A DNA stretch of 64,000 nt. Source: Candidatus Merdinaster equi (lineage in GTDB: Bacteria; Bacillota; Clostridia; Lachnospirales; Lachnospiraceae). Shown here in pieces: positions 9,481 to 18,648 of the stretch. The stretch is from positions 21,432 to 85,431 of the forward strand of contig JAGHUF010000004.1 of the NCBI GenBank assembly GCA_018064935.1. Reading direction: 5' to 3'. The notes under the pieces are model-generated. The model had not been told where the DNA came from, ran no database searches, and saw only the letters and a program-made list of their open reading frames with translations. A program made the translations under genes and the position numbers. The stretch's first letter is position 1; every line of letters begins with the position of its first letter.

Positions 9481-12384
9481 ATGAAAAACAGCGTAAAAAA
9501 CTTCATTAGAAATATATCAAAAAAGCAAATAATATGTATCATTGCAAGCATAATACTAATATGCCTGATCCTTCTTATCACCATATGTTCCAATAACAAT
9601 TCTCAAACGCCAGAACCTGAAAGTGACAGCTCGTCTGCTGTTACAGAAGAGAACATCTGGAATGACAAAACGCTTCCATATAAAGATCAGTACCGCGAAA
9701 ATGATGGGCAGATTGTCTTTGTCATGAACGCATCTCCCCTCCTTGATGGCAATTACAATGAAACTCTGTTTAGCGGTGTCCAGCAGTATGCTTTTGCAGC
9801 TGAAAACACATATTCTTACTACAAATCTCCAACCAATTCCATCGCCGATACAACAGACACTCTTAATCAAGCGATTGAAGGAGAAAACTGCCGACTTGTT
9901 GTTGTAACAGGAAGCAATTTCAATGTTGCCCTTGGTTCAGCCATGAGCGAGCATCCCGAGATTTCTTTCCTGCTAATCGGAGGTCATCCCCAGAATGAAA
10001 AAGGTGAAAATATACCACTCGCATCGAATGTGCACTGCATCACCTTCCACGAGGAGGAAGCAGGTTATCTTGCAGGGTATCTTAGCGTACTGGATGGATA
10101 TCGTTCATTCGGTTTTATAGGTGGCGAGGATTCAAAAGCGGTTGTATCCTATGGAAGTGGTTTTCTTCAGGGAATTGACGATGCCGCCTATGATGCTGGC
10201 TGCATCTCGGATATTCAGGTTCGATACTGGTACAGTGGCGTCTATAAGCCAGCCGATGAGATATATGACAAGGCATCTTCCTGGTATGCTGATGGCTGCC
10301 AGATAATATTCGCCTGTGGTGGCTCTCTATACGAGTCTGTTCTGTTGGCCGCTGAAGAATCAGGTCAGAAAATGATAGGTGTTGACGTTAATCAGAACAC
10401 CCTTTCAGAAAATGTACTCACAAGTGCAATGATTGGCTTAGACCATGCCGTTGTTATTGCCCTTGACGATTTCTTTGCACACAGAACCTGGTCAGATTCA
10501 TTTGCTGGAGCAACCTCTGCCTATGGAGTTTCTGAATTCTGTGCAACACTCCCTATGGACCCCTGGCGTTTTCAGAACGTCACATTGGATGACTACGCAA
10601 CTCTCATAAACCAGCTTCGAAATGGTGATGCCACAGTTTCTACCGCACCACCTGCAGAGCTTCAATTAAAAGTAAACGTCAATTTCTATGAAAGTGGACT
10701 TGCTGGCAATTCAGATTCTGAGGATCCTGTCTGGAGTCATTCCTGGACTGAGTCAGCGCAGCAAACCAGCTCAGACTCCTCTTCTCAGGAACACCTTAGT
10801 GCTACCAAGCGCAAAGATGGTGACTTCCAATATGAGCAGGCAGAATCCCTGTCATACGGAAGCGATGCCAGCGCACTAATTGTCACTGAACCAAACACGC
10901 AGAAATCAGAAGTCGTATTCACACTTAAATTTGCAGAAATACCATCGAGCGATGACACCAATATATATCTTTTTGCCAGGGAATCTCATGAGGATATGGA
11001 TCTATTGAGCGGCACGCCTGTTGCCACCGAGAAAAAAGGACATACCATGGAATTTCATCTGCCTTATGATGATAACGCCCTTAACCTTCAGTATATTCCT
11101 GCTCTTCTCGTAGACGGAATATATGAGCCAGTATCACATGGTAAGCACATAACTAATCCTGAGGTTTTAGCCACCAATACAACACCATACCCCAGCATTC
11201 CAACCAAAAAAGGCCTGTTAATTGACCCTGACATGTTTGGAACAGAGAAAACAACCGGACTCAATCTGTCAAGAGCCATATATAACATTCCTCTATCACT
11301 CATACTAGGAGAGAGTTCTATTCCGGACATTCCGACAATAGAATATGAATACAAAGGAAAAGTTTATAAATTTAATTCTGCCTATGTGAATATGTACGAC
11401 ACTATTTTCACGTTAACAACTAATGCCGGTTTGTACATGACAGCCATCGTATTAAATGACTGGAACGATTCATATCCTGAGCTGATACATCCTCTTTCGA
11501 GAAAACGTACAGATTCATCATTGTACTATGCCTTTAACACCACGGACATTGACGGAATCACTGCTCAGGAAGCAGTATTCAATTTTTTGGCTGAGCGATA
11601 TACCAGTGGAGAGCACGGTATGGTTTACGATTGGGTTCTCGCCAATGAAATCAACCAGAATCGCGTATGGAATTACATGGACACCTCAGATATAGATTAC
11701 TATGCAGAAAGCTTTGAAGACTCACTTCGAATCTTCTACAATGCTGTGAAGTCGCATTATTCAGGCGCAAAGATATATTTTTCACTCGACCATGACTGGA
11801 ACGACAATAATGACGATGCTACTAGTTTCTTCAATGGTCGTGATCTTCTATATAAGATTAATGAATATGCCAGCCAGGGCGGCAATTATGATTGGGGAAT
11901 ATCCATTCATCCTTACCCGGACCCATTGACTAAAGTCAATTATTGGAAAGCAGAATATGATATGTCTGAAAATGCTCCTGTTCTCACAATCATGAACCTC
12001 ACAGCATTAACAGACATCTTGGATAAAGAAGAATTTCGTCAAAGAGATGGTTCTGTCAGAAGTGCAGCAATCACTGAACTCGGCTTCAGCTCCTTCTACG
12101 GAGAGAACCTTCAGGCTGCTGCCTTTGCCTACTGCTATCTTATTGTAGATAACAATCCTTATATCGAATCATTTCAAATGAACAGACAAACAGATTCCAT
12201 TCTGGAAATGAAGAGCAAGCTTGCTCTCGGAATATATAATGCAGACGGTACGCCAAAACTTTTGCGGGATATTTATGCAAATATCGACTCAGCTGGTGAA
12301 AACTACAAGCCCGATCTCACCTTCATGCTAAACATTCTAGGTGCTGATTCAATCGAAGAGGCGCTGAGCTGGGCCAGACCATAA
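9481..12384 (+). CDS. membrane-anchored fusion protein: BMP/PnrA-like substrate-binding domain plus C-terminal glycoside-hydrolase-like (TIM-barrel-like) domain
   Basis: 967 aa. N-terminal TM anchor IICIIASIILICLILLITI. The BMP-family pattern is present (VVVTGSNFNVALGS...HPEISFLLIGG, FHEEEAGYLAGYL...FGFIGGEDSKAVVSYGSGFLQGI). The C-terminal roughly 400 aa contains WVLANEINQ, reminiscent of the clan GH-A NE acid/base motif. Confidence 0.55.
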   Translation: MKNSVKNFIRNISKKQIICIIASIILICLILLITICSNNNSQTPEPESDSSSAVTEENIWNDKTLPYKDQYRENDGQIVFVMNASPLLDGNYNETLFSGVQQYAFAAENTYSYYKSPTNSIADTTDTLNQAIEGENCRLVVVTGSNFNVALGSAMSEHPEISFLLIGGHPQNEKGENIPLASNVHCITFHEEEAGYLAGYLSVLDGYRSFGFIGGEDSKAVVSYGSGFLQGIDDAAYDAGCISDIQVRYWYSGVYKPADEIYDKASSWYADGCQIIFACGGSLYESVLLAAEESGQKMIGVDVNQNTLSENVLTSAMIGLDHAVVIALDDFFAHRTWSDSFAGATSAYGVSEFCATLPMDPWRFQNVTLDDYATLINQLRNGDATVSTAPPAELQLKVNVNFYESGLAGNSDSEDPVWSHSWTESAQQTSSDSSSQEHLSATKRKDGDFQYEQAESLSYGSDASALIVTEPNTQKSEVVFTLKFAEIPSSDDTNIYLFARESHEDMDLLSGTPVATEKKGHTMEFHLPYDDNALNLQYIPALLVDGIYEPVSHGKHITNPEVLATNTTPYPSIPTKKGLLIDPDMFGTEKTTGLNLSRAIYNIPLSLILGESSIPDIPTIEYEYKGKVYKFNSAYVNMYDTIFTLTTNAGLYMTAIVLNDWNDSYPELIHPLSRKRTDSSLYYAFNTTDIDGITAQEAVFNFLAERYTSGEHGMVYDWVLANEINQNRVWNYMDTSDIDYYAESFEDSLRIFYNAVKSHYSGAKIYFSLDHDWNDNNDDATSFFNGRDLLYKINEYASQGGNYDWGISIHPYPDPLTKVNYWKAEYDMSENAPVLTIMNLTALTDILDKEEFRQRDGSVRSAAITELGFSSFYGENLQAAAFAYCYLIVDNNPYIESFQMNRQTDSILEMKSKLALGIYNADGTPKLLRDIYANIDSAGENYKPDLTFMLNILGADSIEEALSWARP

Positions 12385-12467
12385 TCTAGTATCCAATGTT
12401 TTCTTCGCGTCCATTCTTGTAGTCCTACCATCTATGATGCTTTTTCTGTTTATGACCGCCTTACTTC

Positions 12468-14288
12468 TTACAATAAATCTACTGCCCTTATTGCCCTTAT
12501 TGCCTCGGGAAGAAACTCAATCGTATCACTTGCAATCATGGATATATCCCCATATTTTTCCTCTGCAAGTTCACCTGCAAGACCATTTATATATGCACCC
12601 GCTGCCACAGTTCTGGTCATATACTCTTTCTCAAACATTCCGTATCTCTTTGCAATCTGACCATTCTGCTCTGCAGTCAGTTCTTTTCTCTCTACAGACA
12701 GACCATTTCCCTCTGTAGTCAGTTCTTTTCTCTCTGCAGACAGACCATTTTCCTCTGTAGTCAGCCCTTTTCTCTCTGCCACAGTTGCTACTCCGCATAT
12801 CGCACTCAGAACTCCCGATAGCACATCGCCGCTGCCCGCAGTAGCCATCCCCGGGCACCCACGATCGACAAGATATGTATTATCACCATCCGTAATTATT
12901 GTAGTCTCACCCTTTAATAACAGAATAATTCCATGCTCCCTCGCAAAAGAAACAGCCTCCATAATTGGTTTATCCAATAAATCCCTGATGCTCTTGCCCG
13001 TAAGTCTTGAAAACTCCTTAATATGTGGTGTCAGTATTATATGCTGAGGTTTAGCTCTTCCCAGTATATCTACACCCACCTCATCTCTCTCCTGCAATAG
13101 CTTCGACAAACAATTCAAACCATCAGCATCGATAATAAGTGTCCCATCATAATTATTCAGAAGATATTCAACCAGTCTAGTGGAATTATCGCTTTGGCCA
13201 ATCCCCATTCCCACACACAGAAGTTTCGTTCTGCTCATGAGTTCATCAATTTCCTCAGCAACAAATCTAAAATCACCATTTTCCTCCGAAAGTGGATACA
13301 ACGTACTCTCCAGAATTCTTGGGCGAATGCTGTCACACAGCTTATGAGGTGCCGCAATCATCACCACTCCTGCCCCTGAGCGCATGGCAGCATTGGCATT
13401 ACCTGCAAGAGTAATTGCCCCTCCATATCTGTATGAACCACCGATAAGGCCAATATAACCATATGTTCCTTTGTTAGTATGGTTCTTCCTTGGCTTTACA
13501 GACTCTGCCACATCCATAGCTTCAAAAAGATAGTACGGCTTCTCAAGTGGATCGATTCCTATTGGAACATTTACAATTTCACCAATTACATCCTTAGCCA
13601 TTCCCAGATACAATCCTGGTTTTCTATCTCCTATTGAAACAGTTATATCTGATTCAATGCAGGTTTCTGCAAGACCGTTATCGCCATTTAATCCACTATT
13701 GATATCAGCGCTTATCACATATATCTTTTGACCTGTTTGATTACATATTTTTCCTGAATGGAGCGCATTCACATGTTCAATCAGCGACTTATACGGTTCC
13801 CTTGGCGTACCCGAAAAACCTGTCCCTAGAAGACAGTCGACAACTACTTTGCATTTCTTCAAGCTCTCTAATACAACTTCACTTTTTCCATCTGACAATT
13901 GTAGATTAACAACCTGAATCAGCTCAGTGTCCATCTCCTCAGCATCCACAAAGAGCTTGTCATAATAGTATTTGCCATCATCAGAGAATTTCTCAGAACA
14001 CAGAAACAGAGTTACACGCACGCCTCTCTGTTTAAGAAGACCAGCAACAACATATCCGTCGCCAGCATTATTGCCACTTCCACATAGAATTCCAACATGT
14101 ATAGACGCAGCTTCTGATATTTCATCCGCTTTTAGTGTTCCTTTTGCTTTGGTTTCAAATACCCTTTCGCAAATGACATCATATATGCCCTTCCCAGCCA
14201 TATACATCAGTTCTTTAGAAGGCGTCTTAGTCGCAATGCAATTCGCATCGCTCTTTCGCATATTGTCTACCGATAATACTCTCTGCAT
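12468..14288 (-). CDS. nnr: bifunctional NAD(P)H-hydrate repair enzyme (epimerase plus ADP-dependent dehydratase)
   Basis: 606 aa. N-terminal YjeF_N pattern (CGSGNNAGDGYVVAG) and C-terminal carbohydrate-kinase-like domain (GPGMATAGSGDVLSG). It carries an internal tandem-repeat insertion, listed separately. Confidence 0.85.
   Translation of the reverse strand: MQRVLSVDNMRKSDANCIATKTPSKELMYMAGKGIYDVICERVFETKAKGTLKADEISEAASIHVGILCGSGNNAGDGYVVAGLLKQRGVRVTLFLCSEKFSDDGKYYYDKLFVDAEEMDTELIQVVNLQLSDGKSEVVLESLKKCKVVVDCLLGTGFSGTPREPYKSLIEHVNALHSGKICNQTGQKIYVISADINSGLNGDNGLAETCIESDITVSIGDRKPGLYLGMAKDVIGEIVNVPIGIDPLEKPYYLFEAMDVAESVKPRKNHTNKGTYGYIGLIGGSYRYGGAITLAGNANAAMRSGAGVVMIAAPHKLCDSIRPRILESTLYPLSEENGDFRFVAEEIDELMSRTKLLCVGMGIGQSDNSTRLVEYLLNNYDGTLIIDADGLNCLSKLLQERDEVGVDILGRAKPQHIILTPHIKEFSRLTGKSIRDLLDKPIMEAVSFAREHGIILLLKGETTIITDGDNTYLVDRGCPGMATAGSGDVLSGVLSAICGVATVAERKGLTTEENGLSAERKELTTEGNGLSVERKELTAEQNGQIAKRYGMFEKEYMTRTVAAGAYINGLAGELAEEKYGDISMIASDTIEFLPEAIRAIRAVDLL
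12660..12776 (-). repeat. 3 x 39-nt in-frame tandem repeat inside nnr (encodes ERKGLTTEENGLS / AERKELTTEGNGLS / VERKELTAEQNG)
   Basis: Three consecutive near-identical 39-nt units are visible in the DNA at 12660-12698, 12699-12737 and 12738-12776. Confidence 0.85.
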
Positions 14289-14297
14289 TCGCTTTTA

Positions 14298-14331
14298 CTA
14301 ATCCTCATTTCTGAGCAACTTGTTGTGAAGA
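14298..14331 (-). promoter_or_regulatory. recurrent leader motif, copy 1 of 3 (upstream of nnr)
   Basis: Plus strand reads ctaatcctcatttctgagcaacttgttgtgaaga. On the coding strand this is ...CAACAAGTTGCTCAGAAATGAGGATTAG, 13 nt before the nnr ATG. Confidence 0.5.
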
Positions 14332-14339
14332 TATGCCAT

Positions 14340-14376
14340 CAGGGCTATTTGTTCTGCTCAGAAACAAATAGCCCTG
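14340..14376 (-). terminator. perfect 14-bp hairpin downstream of pepT (no clear U-tract)
   Basis: cagggctatttgtt (14340-14353), a 9-nt loop, then aacaaatagccctg (14363-14376). It lies between the pepT stop and the nnr start. Confidence 0.4.
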
Positions 14377-14388
14377 TGAAATCTTAAG

Positions 14389-15606
14389 TTAAATCAAGTT
14401 GATCAGCACCTCAACCATCTTCTCCATATCCTGAACACAGCTATATTCAAAACGTCCATGATAGTTTCTTCCACCCGTCGACAGATTGGGACATGGAAGC
14501 CCCATGAACGACAGTCTTGCGCCGTCAGTTCCGCCTCTTATTGGAACAATCTTCGGTGTAACTCCAGCCTCTTCCATTGAATGAACTGCATCATCAATCA
14601 GGTGCATGTGTGGCTCTATCTTTTCCTTCATGTTATAGTAGGAATCCTCTATCTCAACAGTCACATAGTCAGAACCATATTTCTCATTTACCGCTTTTGC
14701 AACATCCTGCATTTTGCTTTTTCGAGTTTCAAATATCTCTCTGTTATGATCTCTGATTATATAGGACAGCTCCGTCTTTTCTATACTTCCCTTCATATCA
14801 GTCAAGTGATAGAATCCCTGATAGTTACTTGTCTTTGCTGGTATTTCATCAGCTGGAAGCATGGCATTATACTCCATAGCAACCAGCATCGAATTGACCA
14901 TCTTATCCTTGGCATCTCCAGGGTGAACACTGATTCCTCGCACGCTAACTTTTGCAGAGGCAGCATTGAAATTCTCATACTCAATTTCTCCAAGCGCCCC
15001 ACCGTCAACCGTATATGCATAATCCGCATCAAAAGCGTCCAGATCAAAATAATCTGTTCCGCACCCTATTTCTTCATCAGGAGTGAACGCTATTCGAATC
15101 TCACCATGCTTAATCTCGGGATGTTCTATCACATATTTGGCCATGCTCATAATCTCTGAAACACCCGCTTTATCATCTGCACCAAGAAGAGTTGTTCCAT
15201 CTGTTACAATGAGACTCTTTCCTACATAGTCCAGTAGTTCCGGATAATCAGCTACCGACATCACAATATGCTCACTTTCATTAAGACATATGTCCTTCCC
15301 ATCATAGTTTTCAATAATAGATGGCTTGACTCCCTCATCAGAGCATTCAGGTGAAGTATCCATATGTGCTATGAATCCAAGCTTTGCTGTTTCCTTCATG
15401 CTATCGCAATTTGCTGGAATCTTCGCATACACATAACAGTGTTCCTCATCCAGTTTCACATCAGCGACACCAATCTCTTTCAGCTCTTTCACAAGAAGTC
15501 TTGCAAGATTAAACTGCTTTGCCGTAGAAGGGCTAGCGCCAGTTTCCTCTGACGACTGTGTGTCTATCTGAACATATCTTATAAATCTCTCAATTACATC
15601 TGTCAT
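14389..15606 (-). CDS. pepT: peptidase T (tripeptide aminopeptidase, M20B)
   Basis: 405 aa. MTDVIERFIRYVQIDTQS start, plus HMDT, GADDKAG and the TPDEEIG metal-ligand motifs. Confidence 0.9.
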   Translation of the reverse strand: MTDVIERFIRYVQIDTQSSEETGASPSTAKQFNLARLLVKELKEIGVADVKLDEEHCYVYAKIPANCDSMKETAKLGFIAHMDTSPECSDEGVKPSIIENYDGKDICLNESEHIVMSVADYPELLDYVGKSLIVTDGTTLLGADDKAGVSEIMSMAKYVIEHPEIKHGEIRIAFTPDEEIGCGTDYFDLDAFDADYAYTVDGGALGEIEYENFNAASAKVSVRGISVHPGDAKDKMVNSMLVAMEYNAMLPADEIPAKTSNYQGFYHLTDMKGSIEKTELSYIIRDHNREIFETRKSKMQDVAKAVNEKYGSDYVTVEIEDSYYNMKEKIEPHMHLIDDAVHSMEEAGVTPKIVPIRGGTDGARLSFMGLPCPNLSTGGRNYHGRFEYSCVQDMEKMVEVLINLI

Positions 15607-15625
15607 ATTCGTTTTCCTCTTTGAT

Positions 15626-15657
15626 GAAAAAGGCTGCAGATATTCACTCTGCAGCCT
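15626..15657 (-). terminator. intrinsic terminator after the SEC-C gene
   Basis: Reverse strand reads AGGCUGCAG-loop-CUGCAGCCU followed by UUUUU. Confidence 0.6.
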
Positions 15658-15680
15658 ATAATTTTCATTTACTTAATGTC

Positions 15681-16199
15681 TTAAGCATTCTTACCACAAC
15701 ACTTTTTGTATTTCTTGCCTGAACCACATGGACATGGATCATTAGGATATACCTTTGCTTCTTTACGAATTGTCATGGATGCCTTCTGCTCATGGTAAAG
15801 AGCTTTTCTCGTCTCTTCATCAAAAATAGCCTCCCACTCAGGCAGATTGTACAGCCAGTCAGCTCCAGCAGCCACCATATTCTTATACAAAAGAGGCTTA
15901 TCATAAATAAGATTAACTTCTGTATCTTCTGTCATCTCCTCAATAGGATTAGCATTTACAAGCGAATCATTTATTCCATCAAGGAATCCTGTCATCGTCA
16001 TAATATCAATGCCATACTTGTCTGCAAGTCCCTTAACAGTTCCTTTAACTTCTACATCTGGCTCAGCAAGAAGAAGTTTATAAATATCTGTTTCCTTTGC
16101 AAAATAGTCTCTCCAAAGGTTCTGAAGCATATTCTTATCTGCTTTTTCGTCGTAAGCTTTTGATCTCCACTCATCTAATAAAGCCATTTTTATTTCCAT
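15681..16199 (-). CDS. SEC-C metal-binding motif protein
   Basis: 172 aa. The C-terminal [14 protein letters not shown] is the SEC-C zinc motif. The internal ATG at 16187 has a better-spaced AAGGA and may be the true start. Confidence 0.7.
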   Translation of the reverse strand: MEIKMALLDEWRSKAYDEKADKNMLQNLWRDYFAKETDIYKLLLAEPDVEVKGTVKGLADKYGIDIMTMTGFLDGINDSLVNANPIEEMTEDTEVNLIYDKPLLYKNMVAAGADWLYNLPEWEAIFDEETRKALYHEQKASMTIRKEAKVYPNDPCPCGSGKKYKKCCGKNA

Positions 16200-16290
16200 C
16201 CTTTTCCAAAAATATATATCAAATTATTGCACTATAAACGCAAGGCTTATTCTATCACTTTGTATAAGGCAAGGTCAACTGAATACCCTA

Positions 16291-18078
16291 CTAATTCCTA
16301 ACCTGAACCTTATCATCAGGAAGATACGTCATAAGTGCCTCTTCCAGTTTCGACGATTCAACCGGTTTTGTAAGATACTCAACAAACCCATGTGCAAGAT
16401 ATTCTTCTTTTGCACCAGCTATTGCATTTGCTGTAAGAATAATCTTTGGTGCATTATGATTAATCTCATATGCCTCTTCTTTGAGATGTTCTACAAGTTC
16501 AATTCCATCCATTTCCGGCATCATATGGTCAATCAGGAACAGGTCATAGTTCTTCTCTTTTGCAAGCTTCAGGCACTCCTCACCTGAAAGAACAGTTTCC
16601 ACCTGAACCTCAGTTCTCTTAAGTAATCCTGCAACGACCTTAAGATTAAGCTTCATATCATCAACCACCATGATACGAGCCTTCGGTGCAACAAATTTTT
16701 CCTTGTAAACAGCCTTCTTTTTCTTTGCCTCCATGCTGTTCTTATAATGATCTCCAACCGGCTGTCTGTCCCTAATATCCTGGAGCACCTCAAACGAGAA
16801 TGTCGATCCCTTTCCGAGTTCAGATTCAACTGATAATTCTGAATCCATAAGAGCCAAAAGCTTTTTGGTTATTGTCATTCCAAGACCCGTACCTTCAATC
16901 TTACGATTCTGTGTCTCATCAAATCGCTCGAATGCTTTGAATAGTCTAGCAACATCATCCTTGCTCATGCCCCTTCCAGTATCCTTTACAGATACCATAA
17001 GGTATATTTTGTCTTCAGAAGTTTCCCTATAATCCACATCCAGGGTAACAGTGCCCTGTTCAGTATATTTAATAGCATTTGACAGAATATTAAGGATAAT
17101 CTGTCTTATACGTATCTCATCTCCATACAGTCCCCTTGGGATATTCTTATTAACCGAAAAAGAAAACTCCAATCCTTTGTCATATGCACTCTTGGTAACA
17201 GAGTTGACAAGATCCTCAATAAGCAATGAAATATCATATTCCGCTGGAATCAAGCTCATCTTGCCAGCTTCTATCTTCGAAAAATCAAGCACATCATTGA
17301 CTAATCCAAGAAGAACCTTACCCGAATTATGAATATCTACTGCATAATTGCGAATATCCTCTTCCGTACTCTCACGGATAATCATCTCGTCAAGTCCCAG
17401 CATCGCATTAATAGGCGTCCTGATTTCATGTGACATATTAGACAAAAACTCAGATTTACTTCTGTTTGCCGCATCTGCTTCCGCTATCGCCTGTAGCAAT
17501 AGTTTTCGCTTATGAATCAGCAGATTAATTGACTGTTTCGCAATGACACAGCAGGCAAACAACAGAACCACAGTAAAACCAGTGGACATTGTATAATATT
17601 CGTATTTGTAGGCTCCTTTTTGTACAATCATACAATATACACATGTCCCAATTACACACAGTTCACTTATTCCTGTGACCACATACAGCAGTTTTTTATC
17701 TGATAGCACAACAGTCAGATAAATCGGAATACAGAAAATAAAGAACATACAGAAGTAGACATTATGAACGTTTACAATATTAGAAAACATAAATGTCATC
17801 GATATAATATATGCTCTCATTTTATTATCAGGATTCTTCAGAAATCTCGCTATTACCAGTCCTACAACCAGAAACAGAGCACTTATTCCTATTGGTCTTA
17901 TGACATACAACTTAACATATTCCCATATTTCCTCATAAATAAGTCCCGCAAAATACATTGCTATAGACATACCCAGCTCTATCGCAACTGTTGCATAGAA
18001 TATTCCCAGCGAGATTTTCCTAAATCTTCTTACATATTTAATCTGTTCTTCTGGATCAAGAAATCCGTTTTCACCCAT
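16291..18078 (-). CDS. hybrid sensor histidine kinase/response regulator
   Basis: 595 aa. About 6 N-terminal TM helices, H-box SHEIRTPINAMLG, N/G boxes NAIKYT, DTGRGM and GTGLGM, and a C-terminal REC domain (MVVDD...LIDHMMPEMDG). Confidence 0.85.
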   Translation of the reverse strand: MGENGFLDPEEQIKYVRRFRKISLGIFYATVAIELGMSIAMYFAGLIYEEIWEYVKLYVIRPIGISALFLVVGLVIARFLKNPDNKMRAYIISMTFMFSNIVNVHNVYFCMFFIFCIPIYLTVVLSDKKLLYVVTGISELCVIGTCVYCMIVQKGAYKYEYYTMSTGFTVVLLFACCVIAKQSINLLIHKRKLLLQAIAEADAANRSKSEFLSNMSHEIRTPINAMLGLDEMIIRESTEEDIRNYAVDIHNSGKVLLGLVNDVLDFSKIEAGKMSLIPAEYDISLLIEDLVNSVTKSAYDKGLEFSFSVNKNIPRGLYGDEIRIRQIILNILSNAIKYTEQGTVTLDVDYRETSEDKIYLMVSVKDTGRGMSKDDVARLFKAFERFDETQNRKIEGTGLGMTITKKLLALMDSELSVESELGKGSTFSFEVLQDIRDRQPVGDHYKNSMEAKKKKAVYKEKFVAPKARIMVVDDMKLNLKVVAGLLKRTEVQVETVLSGEECLKLAKEKNYDLFLIDHMMPEMDGIELVEHLKEEAYEINHNAPKIILTANAIAGAKEEYLAHGFVEYLTKPVESSKLEEALMTYLPDDKVQVRN

Positions 18079-18201
18079 TTTATCTTCTTAATTCCTTATA
18101 TAAATGATACAATGTTACTAGTTAATTATATTTACTTACCAATGGAGATTAGTGTGAAAAATAACGCTTATGCACTTATTTTTCGCACGAATTGCCCAGA
18201 A

Positions 18202-18573
18202 ATGAGGATTAATATGTCAATCGAATCCAATAACCAGACAACTGTTTCACAGAAAAACTCTACCGCTCCAGTAAAGAGCAAGGCAAAACAGGTTGCTGCA
18301 ATCATATGTCTTGTATTACTAGCCGCTCTATATCTGATGACACTTGTATTTGCCATCTTCAAATTCCCTGGAAGCGATAAACTGTTAATCGCCTGCATAG
18401 CAGGGACAATCATTCTCCCCGTCCTTGCGTGGGCCTTTATATGGCTATACGGAAAAATGACACACAAGAAAACTATTGCGACTGTTTTTCCTGACGCTCC
18501 ATCTGATGAGGAAGTACTTGAAGCACGAATTTATCAGGCAGAAGCGGATGCAGCTGCAAAAAATGAAAAATAG
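18202..18573 (+). CDS. small two-TM membrane protein, unknown function
   Basis: I trimmed track ORF 17764-18573, because its first 146 codons are antisense to the kinase gene. In-frame ATGs lie at 18202 and 18214. Two hydrophobic helices (AAIICLVLLAALYLMTLVFAI and IAGTIILPVLAWAFIWLY). Confidence 0.5.
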   Translation: MRINMSIESNNQTTVSQKNSTAPVKSKAKQVAAIICLVLLAALYLMTLVFAIFKFPGSDKLLIACIAGTIILPVLAWAFIWLYGKMTHKKTIATVFPDAPSDEEVLEARIYQAEADAAAKNEK

Positions 18574-18600
18574 CAAAATAGTATAGTTCTTCGATACGTT

Positions 18601-18642
18601 ATAATGAGGAAAAGGTTTACCCTTTTCCTCATTATATTTTTA
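18601..18642 (+). terminator. intrinsic terminator
   Basis: ataatgaggaaaagg, a tttac loop, then ccttttcctcattat, followed by a T-rich run. Confidence 0.6.
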
Positions 18643-18648
18643 TATATC

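Noticed and set aside
12631-12858. 75-aa ORF in an alternative frame across the nnr repeats.
   Set aside because: It is generated by the tandem repeat itself. The nnr frame is continuous and family-consistent through the region.
14354-14362. The loop of the pepT-downstream hairpin contains GCTCAGAA, resembling the core of the recurrent leader motif.
   Set aside because: It is in the opposite orientation, and only 8 nt are shared with no flanking similarity. This is probably coincidence.
17764-18201. N-terminal 146 codons of track ORF 17764-18573.
   Set aside because: This part overlaps the histidine-kinase gene on the opposite strand and has an implausible composition. A compact two-TM protein starting at 18202 or 18214 explains the remainder.
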